DNA of 64,000 nt, from positions 66,999 to 130,998 of the forward strand of contig CAVWBF010000020.1 of NCBI GenBank assembly GCA_963753085.1. Reading direction: 5' to 3'. Below are positions 21,130-28,859 of the stretch, piece by piece; position 1 is the first letter of the stretch, and each line of letters begins with the position of its first letter. Below the pieces are notes generated by a model, which had not been told where the DNA came from, did not search any database, and worked only from the letters and a program-made list of their open reading frames with translations. Origin of the DNA: an uncultured Spirochaetota bacterium. GTDB lineage: Bacteria; Spirochaetota; Spirochaetia; SZUA-6; Fen-1364. Made by a program: the position numbers and the translations under genes.

Positions 21130-21790
21130 GTCCCGCCCCATGAATAGTCGCATCATGAGAACAACGTTTGCGGTTCTGGCTCTGGCGCTGGCCGCAGCAA
21201 TAACCGCAAGAGCCGAGATCAACGTGGGCGCCGGGGTCGGCCTGGAGGCTGGAAGCGTCACGGGGTCCGTGACGACGAACGCAGGCAACACCCCGATCGC
21301 TCTGCTTATGCCTGAGGTTTTCGTTGAAGCGATCTACCGCCATGGTCCCGAAGAGGGTGGCTTTGGAATTGACCTGGTAATCTCAGCCGCGGCCTCCGAG
21401 GCACAGTCGTTTGTCCAGGCCTATCAGCCGTTCCAATACTTCTACTCCAATTTCGCAAACCCCAACGGAGACCCTGGAATCTCCCTCTTCGACCCCGAGA
21501 TCATCACCAACATCGATTTCTCCTACCATTTCCCCCGGCTGGGTCCCGTGGATTTCGCTGTCCTGGTAGGCGGGATCGGATGGGAGGATGTCAACAATTC
21601 CAGCAAGGTTGAGGGAGTCGCGGTGCAGACAGGCGCCGCAGTGACGCTTCATTACGGCACCGCCTTCATCCAGGGGAGAGGCTCCTACAGGGTCGCCTGG
21701 CGACGATCCATTGCCGGGGGCCTGGCAGGGTATCCGGCTCCTCTGGGCACGGCGGGCTTCATGCTCCTTGCAGGTTTCTCCGTGCGCTGA
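21128..21790 (+). CDS. Small secreted / outer-membrane beta-barrel-like protein, unknown family
   Basis: Signal peptide MRTTFAVLALALAAAITARA, Gly/aromatic-rich body, C-terminal LLAGFSVR. The real start is probably ATG 21140 or 21155. Confidence 0.6.
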   Translation: MSRPMNSRIMRTTFAVLALALAAAITARAEINVGAGVGLEAGSVTGSVTTNAGNTPIALLMPEVFVEAIYRHGPEEGGFGIDLVISAAASEAQSFVQAYQPFQYFYSNFANPNGDPGISLFDPEIITNIDFSYHFPRLGPVDFAVLVGGIGWEDVNNSSKVEGVAVQTGAAVTLHYGTAFIQGRGSYRVAWRRSIAGGLAGYPAPLGTAGFMLLAGFSVR

Positions 21791-21909
21791 GATCGTTGAC
21801 AGACTTTTGAAACATTCTGCGATGCCCTGCGTACATCGTAATGATTGATGGCAAGGGGCGTACGCGTCGAGCGAACCGCCATCCTTTCAGACCGGCACGG
21901 GAAGACAGT

Positions 21910-22188
21910 ATGACGAACACAAAGATAGTGCTGAAGAGCAGGGACCTCACCGACCTCGGCCTCCCGAGGAAACTCGCTGTCTACCGCCTGGGAGACCCCC
22001 GGCAGATCGGGCCGTACTTCAACGTGCCCGTGCACGTCCTGGACGAAAGCGAGCTGCATATTCCCCGGCCGCCGGTCCAGCTGGCGGCACAGACGGCAAA
22101 AGCGGCATGCGAGCTCGCCATCCTTCATTACAGGGGTCTTGCCGAGCACCTGAGACTCGAAATCCTGATCTCTGATCTTCCCGAATGA
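21910..22188 (+). CDS. Hypothetical small protein
   Basis: 92 codons from ATG 21910. It reads more protein-like than the overlapping antisense ORF (21685..22149). No motif recognised. Confidence 0.35.
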   Translation: MTNTKIVLKSRDLTDLGLPRKLAVYRLGDPRQIGPYFNVPVHVLDESELHIPRPPVQLAAQTAKAACELAILHYRGLAEHLRLEILISDLPE

Positions 22189-22212
22189 ACCGGGGATTCG
22201 CGTACAGTTTCG

Positions 22213-23142
22213 CTAGTTTACAGAGGGCCTGGGCAGGAGGCCCGCCGCTTCCACGATTTCCGGCACGCGGTGCTCCCATTCGATGGGCATGATATGCACG
22301 CCGGCCACACCTTCGATGTCCCTGACCTGACGGATGATCTCGCAGCAGATGCGGATGCCTTCCGCGCCGGCCTTTTCCTTCGGCGCCCCTTCCATACGCT
22401 TGAGGATGGCATCGGGGACGACGACCCCCGGCACCGACTCCGCCATGAAGCGGGCCATGCGGAATGACTTCAGGGGAATCACGCCGGCCAGGATGCGGCA
22501 CTTCGTGTGCGTCCCCTGCTCCCTGACCTTTTCCATCCAATCGGCAAACATGGCCACGTCGAACACGCACTGGGTCTGCGCGAAGTCCGCTCCCGCGGCC
22601 ACCTTCTTTGCCAGGAGGAGCGCGCGCAGCTCATGCGGAATCGCAAAGGGGTTTGCCGCGGTCCCGATGAACAGGGGGATGTCCCCGCGGATCTCCTCCT
22701 CGTTGCCGAGGATCCGACGCTCGTCGCGAAGCCTTTTGACCGTGGCAACGAGCTGCGTGGAGTCGATATCGTAGACTCTCTTTGCGCCGGGCTGGTCGCC
22801 CAGGCTGTGGTGATCCCCCGAGATGCAGAGGATGTTCTTCACGCCGAGAGCAGACGCCCCCAGGATGTCGCTCTGGATCGCAATGCGGTTCCTGTCGCGG
22901 CACGTCATCTGCATGACCGGCTCCACGCCCTGCCGCACCAGGAGGGCGGAGCAGGCGATGCTCGACATGTGGACCATCGCGCTCTGGTTGTCCGTGACGT
23001 TCACCGCGTCCACTGCCCCCCGCAACTGGCCCGCTTTCTTTTCCACGATCTCGGTATCCGTCCCCCTCGGCGGACCCAGCTCCGCCGTGACCGCAAAGTG
23101 GCCGGCGCAAAGTATTTTCTGGAGGTTGCTTCCCGAGCTCAT
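22213..23142 (-). CDS. metF: Methylenetetrahydrofolate reductase, MetF (acetogen/anaerobe type)
   Basis: 309 aa from ATG 23142, which overlaps the metV stop (ATGA). Reads FAVTAELGPPRG, VNVTDNQSAMVHMSS and MTCRDRNRIAIQSDILGA, typical of MTHFR TIM barrels. The track ORF is extended by 98 codons. Confidence 0.88.
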   Translation of the reverse strand: MSSGSNLQKILCAGHFAVTAELGPPRGTDTEIVEKKAGQLRGAVDAVNVTDNQSAMVHMSSIACSALLVRQGVEPVMQMTCRDRNRIAIQSDILGASALGVKNILCISGDHHSLGDQPGAKRVYDIDSTQLVATVKRLRDERRILGNEEEIRGDIPLFIGTAANPFAIPHELRALLLAKKVAAGADFAQTQCVFDVAMFADWMEKVREQGTHTKCRILAGVIPLKSFRMARFMAESVPGVVVPDAILKRMEGAPKEKAGAEGIRICCEIIRQVRDIEGVAGVHIMPIEWEHRVPEIVEAAGLLPRPSVN

Positions 23143-23864
23143 GCCTTGTCCGCCTTTTCCTTCTTCACCCCGTAGCGCGCTTCGAATCCCCTCTGGACGA
23201 GCACCCCCTGGCCGCGTTCGAGCCATTCCATGGGAGGCCGGATCTCGAGCATGCTTTCCGCCCGTCCCTGTTCTTTCAGCCGCTCGTAGATGGCATTCCA
23301 GGCGCAGGTCAGTCCGCCGCCCAGCTCGCAGGTCCCGTCCGCGCGGGTTCCACCGCAGGGGCCGTTCAGAACGCCTTTTGAGCAACGCGTGAGCGGACAG
23401 ATGCCGCCCGTCAGCCCCAGCATGCATTTCTTGCACGTGCGGCAGCGCTCCTCGTACAGTCCCGTGTCGATATCCACGCCGAGGAACATCGTGTCCAGCG
23501 CGGGGAAGACCGGCTTGTCAGGGTACCTGTCTCCCAGGTGCTGCACCCCGGCACCGCAGGCGGTTGACAAGAGGCAGTGGCAGTTTTCCGCCATGTCGGC
23601 CACCTCGTCCAGGAACTGCGAATTGCACTGCCGCTCCACGGTGACGCAGGAGAACCGCAGGGGCACATGCTCCCGGCGGGCCATCTCCTCAAGCTCGTCG
23701 TTCAGCACGAGGGCTTCACGCTGACCGCCCGCCAGGCAGACGGAGGTGCACCCTCCGCAGCCGACGGTGAGCACGTTGAGGAAATCCCGGGGGTGGACCG
23801 CCTCCTTGAACGTCCGGATCAGCCCGAATATTTCTTCCAGAGGCTTTCGCGTCGCCTTTACCAT
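23139..23864 (-). CDS. metV: MetV, Cys-rich MTHFR-associated subunit (MTHFR C-terminal-like domain)
   Basis: 241 aa with many Cys clusters (GCGGCTSVC, CHCLLSTACGAG, CRTCKKC, GICPLTRCSKGVLNGPCGG). Translationally coupled to metF. Confidence 0.8.
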   Translation of the reverse strand: MVKATRKPLEEIFGLIRTFKEAVHPRDFLNVLTVGCGGCTSVCLAGGQREALVLNDELEEMARREHVPLRFSCVTVERQCNSQFLDEVADMAENCHCLLSTACGAGVQHLGDRYPDKPVFPALDTMFLGVDIDTGLYEERCRTCKKCMLGLTGGICPLTRCSKGVLNGPCGGTRADGTCELGGGLTCAWNAIYERLKEQGRAESMLEIRPPMEWLERGQGVLVQRGFEARYGVKKEKADKA

Positions 23865-23886
23865 TCCCGGCTCCTTCCTGGCGCTG

Positions 23887-24279
23887 TCATGCGTTGCGTT
23901 CTCCGTCGTATGTGCGGAAAATGCCGCGCTCCCTGCAGACGTTCCGCGCGCTTGCTATCAGGGAGGGGATGCTGACCCCCACGGGGCAGTAGCATCGCAT
24001 GCACAGCACGCACCTGTTCCACACGAGGTCGCTGATGGTCCGGTATTCAGACTCGGACAGCTTTCCCTTTTTCCGAAAGATCCTGCCGATGGAGTTGATT
24101 GCCTTGTACGACGGGGAATAGCGCGGATCCCCTCCGCTCCCCTGGAACTTGAAGCAGCTCTCCGCGCAGAGCGCGCAGTGGGCGCACGCCTGCAGGGACA
24201 GCTTGATCATATCCCTGTTGCGGTCCAGAACCCGGGTGATGCGGTGCATCACCATGGCCCCCGCGGTGTCATCCTTCAT
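23887..24279 (-). CDS. Small 2x[4Fe-4S] ferredoxin-type protein (HdrC / DsrK-N-terminal-like)
   Basis: 130 aa with CAHCALCAESC and CVLCMRCYCP cluster motifs. No CCG domain. ATG 24279 overlaps the stop of the upstream cytochrome b gene (ATGA). Confidence 0.7.
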   Translation of the reverse strand: MKDDTAGAMVMHRITRVLDRNRDMIKLSLQACAHCALCAESCFKFQGSGGDPRYSPSYKAINSIGRIFRKKGKLSESEYRTISDLVWNRCVLCMRCYCPVGVSIPSLIASARNVCRERGIFRTYDGERNA

Positions 24280-25208
24280 TTCGCCCTCCCCCAGGCCCGC
24301 GCGGCAGGCCGCAGCGCGTATTCGCCCGACACGAAGAATCGGGCGAAGAGAAGGAAGGGCATGTGGCCGAGCTTCGTGAACGGGATGGCGACGAACAAGG
24401 CGTCCGCGGAAATCACGTGGACCACCATCAGCCAGTGGGAGGTCGTCACATGGTGGTACGCCATGAGGCCCGTCACAAACGGGGCCAGAACGAGCAGAAG
24501 GACACCGTAGTCGTACACGGTGGAAAGCACCCTGACGCGCGGAAAAAACATGCGGCGCAGGAGAAAGAATCCTCCGGCTGCGATCAGGACGATGGTGAGC
24601 CAGTCAGCGAGCGGGCCCGGGATGGCGGGCAGACTCGCGTGGAATCTCCTGGCCAGGAGGATGTTGTGGGCCGGCAAAAGGAGCGGAACAAGGAAAAGGA
24701 GAATGTGGAAAACAAGGCTCACCGTCCTCATGACGGGGTGAGTCCCGCTTTTCGGTCGGGCCGGCCCGGGGAACAGGGACGCCAGGACGGGCCTGTTCTC
24801 AGGCTGGAGACCCAGGACAGCTTCCGGGCGATACTTTCCGCGTCCGGGGGCCATTCGGGTAAACCTCCTGAACTGACGGAAGCGGTAGAGGAGACCCAGC
24901 AGGGCCAGGAGAAGGGAAATGCGAAGCGCAGGTCCCTGCGCTATGTCGTAGACGGTTGTCGACAGGTTCGCTCGGGCCCCCGGCGTTCGGGAAGCGGAGC
25001 TTGTGGCAGCCGCGGTGGAGCGGGATGCGGAGGTGGCGGCGTCAGCCGAGGGCTTCGAAACTGACGGGGTGGCGGCCCCGGAGGTGCGGGAGGCTGAGCT
25101 CGTTGCGTCAGTCTCCTGCGACCACGCGTGCCCGGCGATCATGAGAATGACAATGACCATTCCGGCAAGGACCCGGAAGCCGCCCCTCGAGAATCCGAAC
25201 ACTCCCAT
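24276..25208 (-). CDS. NarI/DsrM/HdrE-type dihaem cytochrome b membrane protein with an N-terminal Ser/Thr/Ala-rich extension
   Basis: ATG 25208 with GGAAGGTGA upstream. Five predicted TM helices after the extension. His pairs FHILLF..PAHN and HVISADALFVAIPFTKLGH (18-residue spacing), plus the PFTKLxH motif shared with NarI. Confidence 0.7.
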   Translation of the reverse strand: MGVFGFSRGGFRVLAGMVIVILMIAGHAWSQETDATSSASRTSGAATPSVSKPSADAATSASRSTAAATSSASRTPGARANLSTTVYDIAQGPALRISLLLALLGLLYRFRQFRRFTRMAPGRGKYRPEAVLGLQPENRPVLASLFPGPARPKSGTHPVMRTVSLVFHILLFLVPLLLPAHNILLARRFHASLPAIPGPLADWLTIVLIAAGGFFLLRRMFFPRVRVLSTVYDYGVLLLVLAPFVTGLMAYHHVTTSHWLMVVHVISADALFVAIPFTKLGHMPFLLFARFFVSGEYALRPAARAWGRAK

Positions 25209-25215
25209 CAGCGGC

Positions 25216-25854
25216 TCACCTTCCTGCGATTGCCTTGAGCTTTTCAGCCGCCGTTGCGGCATCCGGCGCGTACCCGTCCGCCCCGATCTCACGCGCGTAC
25301 TGGTCGGTGAGCGGCGCTCCTCCCACCATGAACTGGACCTTGTTCCGCAGCCCCTCTTTCTGGAAACGATCGATGACGTCCTTCATCCCTGTCATCGTGG
25401 TCGTCAGGAGGGCGGACATCCCGACCGCCTTGGCGTCAGGATTGTCCTTGAGGCCCTGGAGGAACTTGTCCGCGGAGACGTCGATGCCCAGGTCGACGAC
25501 CTCCAGACCTGCTCCCTGCGCCATCATCTTCACGAGGTTCTTGCCGATGTCGTGAAGGTCTCCCTTGACCGTGCCCAGGAGCATCTTGCCGATGGGCTTG
25601 ACCCCTGCCTTCACCAGCTCGGGACGCAGGATTTCCATGCTCTGGTTCATGGCGCGCGCGGCAATCAGGACCTCCGGAATGTAGACCTCGTTCGCCTTGA
25701 ACCGCTTGCCGATCTTCTCCATGCCGTCCAGGAGGCCCTTGTTGAGAATATCGCCGGCGCGCTTCTTCTCAGCCAGGAGCGAGGAGGTCAGCTCCTTCGC
25801 CCTGTTCGCGTTGCCCTTCTGGATGGACTCGGAAAGCTCCTCGAAAGTTGCCAT
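25216..25854 (-). CDS. Corrinoid (cobalamin-binding) protein of methyltransferase systems
   Basis: 212 aa. N-terminal helical cap plus Rossmann B12 domain with GDLHDIGKN (DxHxxG), SALLTTT (SxL) and GGA. SD CAGGAGGAA upstream. Confidence 0.88.
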   Translation of the reverse strand: MATFEELSESIQKGNANRAKELTSSLLAEKKRAGDILNKGLLDGMEKIGKRFKANEVYIPEVLIAARAMNQSMEILRPELVKAGVKPIGKMLLGTVKGDLHDIGKNLVKMMAQGAGLEVVDLGIDVSADKFLQGLKDNPDAKAVGMSALLTTTMTGMKDVIDRFQKEGLRNKVQFMVGGAPLTDQYAREIGADGYAPDAATAAEKLKAIAGR

Positions 25855-25900
25855 TGCATTCCTCCTGGACAGGAAGCATGCGCTGAAACAACTCCGCCGT

Positions 25901-25928
25901 ATTGTACGATTGCAGCCCTTTTTGTAAA
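25901..25928 (-). promoter_or_regulatory. Putative sigma70-type promoter of the corrinoid-cytb-FeS-metVF operon
   Basis: Minus strand reads TTTACA (25928-25923), 16-nt spacer, TACAAT (25906-25901). It lies about 45 nt upstream of ATG 25854. Confidence 0.5.
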
Positions 25929-25962
25929 ATTATGCTACATCCCGACGGGCAGTCGATATGAG

Positions 25963-25989
25963 AAGGGCCTCTCCGGTGGAGAGGCCCTT
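25963..25989 (-). terminator. 12-bp perfect GC-rich hairpin just downstream of the 26003-26770 gene
   Basis: AAGGGCCTCTCC (25963-25974) pairs with GGAGAGGCCCTT (25978-25989). It begins 13 nt after the stop codon. The U-tract is poor (CUUCUCAUAU). Confidence 0.45.
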
Positions 25990-26002
25990 TCCCGCAACCT
26001 GG

Positions 26003-26770
26003 TCAGCGCTTTCGAGCCTTTGCCGCCGCCTTCTTTTTGGCCGCCGGCCTGGCAGTCCTCCTGCGGGCAGTGCCGTTGACGCGCTTGGCTCCCGCTCGCC
26101 GGGGCTTCAGCGCCGTTCGCACTGGCTGGACCTTCTTCAGTTTCTTCTCCAGGGACGCCGAGTAGTCCTCGAGGTGCAAGAGGAGGTTGAATACGTCCTC
26201 CTGCGCCTTCTCATAAAGCTCACGGGCTTTGGCTGGGTTGGTTCGGTTCAGCTCCTGGACGTCATGAACGGCGATCACCGTGCCGTCTTCACCGGCAACG
26301 ACATCCACGGGCCTGCTCTTCTGGTGAAACACGGCGGCGGAGGCGAATACGCTCCCGGGCCGATACTTCATGCCGGGGTGCCCGTCGTTGTGCGCAGAGC
26401 CGCGGATGACCTCACAGGCAAGCCCCTCCGCTTCGCGCTTGCGCAGGACAACATCACCTCGTTGGAATGTCTCCGCGGGACCAGCCGCTTGCGCTGCAGG
26501 AGCAAAAACGGAGCTTGCCGTTAATCCGCCGATGCGCTCGTACGAGCTTCCGATCTTGAAGATCTCGGGATTCGCGAGCTGGTGCTTCCTTCCGTAAATC
26601 GCGTCATGCTTAATCTGGGCGAGATTTTTCGCGATTTTTATCGACTCCGAGTCGATGTCCGCCTCGGTCACCCCCATGAGGTTTTCCTTGACGACGAACT
26701 CCGATAAGAAGGGACAGCCGGGCTCCCGGCATCTGATCTTGTAGACAGCTTCCTTGAGCTTGAACGACAT
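26003..26770 (-). CDS. Hypothetical protein with a cNMP-binding-like beta-barrel core and a Lys/Arg/Ala-rich histone-H1-like tail
   Basis: SD AGGAGGAA upstream of ATG 26770. The central FQRGDVVLRKREAEGLACEVIRGSA...VVAGEDGTVIAVHDV resembles a cNMP-binding fold. The tail reads RRRTARPAAKKKAAAKARKR. Confidence 0.55.
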   Translation of the reverse strand: MSFKLKEAVYKIRCREPGCPFLSEFVVKENLMGVTEADIDSESIKIAKNLAQIKHDAIYGRKHQLANPEIFKIGSSYERIGGLTASSVFAPAAQAAGPAETFQRGDVVLRKREAEGLACEVIRGSAHNDGHPGMKYRPGSVFASAAVFHQKSRPVDVVAGEDGTVIAVHDVQELNRTNPAKARELYEKAQEDVFNLLLHLEDYSASLEKKLKKVQPVRTALKPRRAGAKRVNGTARRRTARPAAKKKAAAKARKR

Positions 26771-27045
26771 GACATTCCTCCTGTCGGTTCGACAACCGTA
26801 ATTCTATATTCCCAACGCCCCATTTTCCACCCGAAATCGCGAAAAAGCAAGGTAACCGCGGTGTTACCCGTTCCGAAAGCTCGATTGCTTCCAGGGCAAC
26901 GCGTTCGCGCCGGGCAGGTATACTCACGTGCACGGTGGCCGCGTCGATGGCCCGGGAAGGGCGGGGGAGACTGTTCCCGGCGCGCTCCCGGGAGCCGACC
27001 CGTCCGCTTCAGAATGAAGACATACGCAGGGAGAGGGAGCAACCG

Positions 27046-27846
27046 GTGGACGCAGTCACCATCAGCAGCATTGCGCTCGGGATCGTTTCCATTTTCATCA
27101 GCGGGTTCGCCATCTGGCTGAGCCTGCAGTTCAACGACCGCTCGGCAAGGGCCCTGGAATCCATCTCCCATCTCGCCACCGAGATCCGCTCCATGACGGA
27201 CATCAGCCTGGCGCACCAGAAGGATTTTTCCACCAAGATGCTGGACTCCCTGATCGAGATGAACGCGTATGGCCGCCCTTTCACCTATCCCGAGTCTCAC
27301 ACCGCCAAATCGAGCAGGCGTCTGGAGGAGCAGGCGCAGTCCCTGGCGGACACGGTGGAGCAGGCGGTGAAGAAGATTGCCGGCACGCATGCGGCGCCGC
27401 CCGTCGATGTCTCCCTCGAGGTCCAGGCGGTGAAGGAAGCGATGCGAAAGCTCGTGGAGCCGTCGAACGACGGGGGCTCCGCGTCGGTGCTGCCGGAGGA
27501 GCAGCGCAACGCGTTGAAATCATTCATGACCCATCCGGCCCACTACGTGCTCCTCACCGCAATTCTCCTGTCAGAGGCTCACTCGATTGACGACCTGAAC
27601 AGGATGGCGGACCGCTATCACGTCCCGGCAGGCTACCAGGGAGGCATCCTCCACCTGCTGGACAAGGGACTGCTCAAGGGATCACCGCAGAGCTTTTCCA
27701 TCTCCCCGGAGCTGATTGCCCCGCTCACCTCCTGGGTGGAGAAGAATATTTCCACGCTGACGAACCTGATGAGCTATTACGCTGATTCGCGGCGGTCTTT
27801 CCGCCAGTCGCCCGAGATGGAAAGAGCGAACGAGCTTCTCTTCTAG
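27046..27846 (+). CDS. Membrane-anchored hypothetical protein with a possible C-terminal winged-helix-like region
   Basis: GTG 27046 lies 6 nt after AGGGAG, followed immediately by a TM helix (ISSIALGIVSIFISGFAIWLSL). The track start at 26935 is an alternative. The C-terminus (YVLLTAILLSEAHSIDDLNRMADRY..LLDKGLLKG) looks wHTH-like. Confidence 0.5.
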   Translation: MDAVTISSIALGIVSIFISGFAIWLSLQFNDRSARALESISHLATEIRSMTDISLAHQKDFSTKMLDSLIEMNAYGRPFTYPESHTAKSSRRLEEQAQSLADTVEQAVKKIAGTHAAPPVDVSLEVQAVKEAMRKLVEPSNDGGSASVLPEEQRNALKSFMTHPAHYVLLTAILLSEAHSIDDLNRMADRYHVPAGYQGGILHLLDKGLLKGSPQSFSISPELIAPLTSWVEKNISTLTNLMSYYADSRRSFRQSPEMERANELLF

Positions 27847-27850
27847 CTTC

Positions 27851-28849
27851 TTACTGGGCGCGGATCATGTAGGGAATCATGCCGTGGATGGGCCGTGCGG
27901 ATGGGTCCGCGTTGAACCTCCAGAGCCGCACGGCTGCACTCACCGCCGCGTCCACCTCGTTGTATCCCGAAGAGCCCTCCACGTTGACATCCGAAAGGAA
28001 GCCATCGGGAGTCAGGGTAAAGGTGACCAGGACGGTGAGGGTAAGTCCTTCCTTGCTCACCCACGCCGGAATGCGAGGCTGCGGGGAGGAAAGGAGCTTC
28101 CGTGCCCTTCCAGCCTCCGGCTGGTCCCAACGAAAACGAAAATCACCCTGTCCTCCGCCAACGGCTCCGCCCCTTCCTTCCTGTCCACCACCGCCTTGCA
28201 GGGCGGTTCCTCCTTGCCCTCCGGCCAGCCTGCCCTGGGCCAGTGACTTGTCGAGCGACCCCAGGTCCAGGGAGCCCTTTGCGGGAGCCTGTCCACCGCC
28301 TTGCACGTAGACGCCGGCCGCGCGCGACGGGGCCGTTCCGCCTCCTCCTCCCTGGCTGGCGGAACCGGTGCTCGCCTGCGACTGGGTGCGTGAGGGCTTG
28401 AAGACCGGCTCCTGCACGGGCGTGGTTGCCGACTGCGTGAAGTTGGGTTGTCCACCCGTGGGTGATCCCGACGTCCTGAAGCTCGGCCCTGTCGGCCGCG
28501 ATTCGCTTTCCGTCTGTCCCTGGCGGGGCGTCGGGATGGTGAAGCTCTCTCCGGTGGATGCGTTCGGTGCCGCCGCGCGTGTCTGCGCCGGAAGCTGGGA
28601 CTGGGGCTGCCCCCGCAGGGCCGGGCCCGCCTGGGCCGGCTCGGCCGTCAGGGCCATGCCGCCAAGGGTCCCAGGCGCGAGATCCACGCTCAGGGTGGTC
28701 AGCTGGAGTGGGGGCTGCGCAAGGCGGATGATCGCAAGAGCGGCGAAGAAGCAGACGTGGAGGAGCACGGCCGCCAGGAGCGCAATCAGCAATCGCCGCG
28801 AATCGCTGTCGCTCTGCCCGCCATTCATCGTCTGCACTGCTGCACTCAT
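27851..28849 (-). CDS. tonB: TonB/TolA-like energy transducer
   Basis: N-terminal TM anchor (LLIALLAAVLLHVCFFAALAII), long Pro/Gln/Gly-rich spacer, and a C-terminal TonB_C-like domain (TVLVTFTLTPDGFLSDVNVEGSSGYNEVDAAVSAAVRLWRF). Confidence 0.8.
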   Translation of the reverse strand: MSAAVQTMNGGQSDSDSRRLLIALLAAVLLHVCFFAALAIIRLAQPPLQLTTLSVDLAPGTLGGMALTAEPAQAGPALRGQPQSQLPAQTRAAAPNASTGESFTIPTPRQGQTESESRPTGPSFRTSGSPTGGQPNFTQSATTPVQEPVFKPSRTQSQASTGSASQGGGGGTAPSRAAGVYVQGGGQAPAKGSLDLGSLDKSLAQGRLAGGQGGTALQGGGGQEGRGGAVGGGQGDFRFRWDQPEAGRARKLLSSPQPRIPAWVSKEGLTLTVLVTFTLTPDGFLSDVNVEGSSGYNEVDAAVSAAVRLWRFNADPSARPIHGMIPYMIRAQ

Positions 28850-28859
28850 GGGAGTCCCC

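Noticed and set aside
21685-22149. 154-aa minus-strand ORF between the small barrel gene and metF.
   Set aside because: It reads as Arg/Pro/Cys-rich low-information sequence. The overlapping plus-strand 92-codon ORF looks more protein-like, though it too is weakly supported.
25855-25900. Cobalamin riboswitch upstream of the corrinoid-protein operon.
   Set aside because: The predicted leader is only about 45 nt, far too short for a B12 riboswitch, and I saw no B12-box-like sequence.
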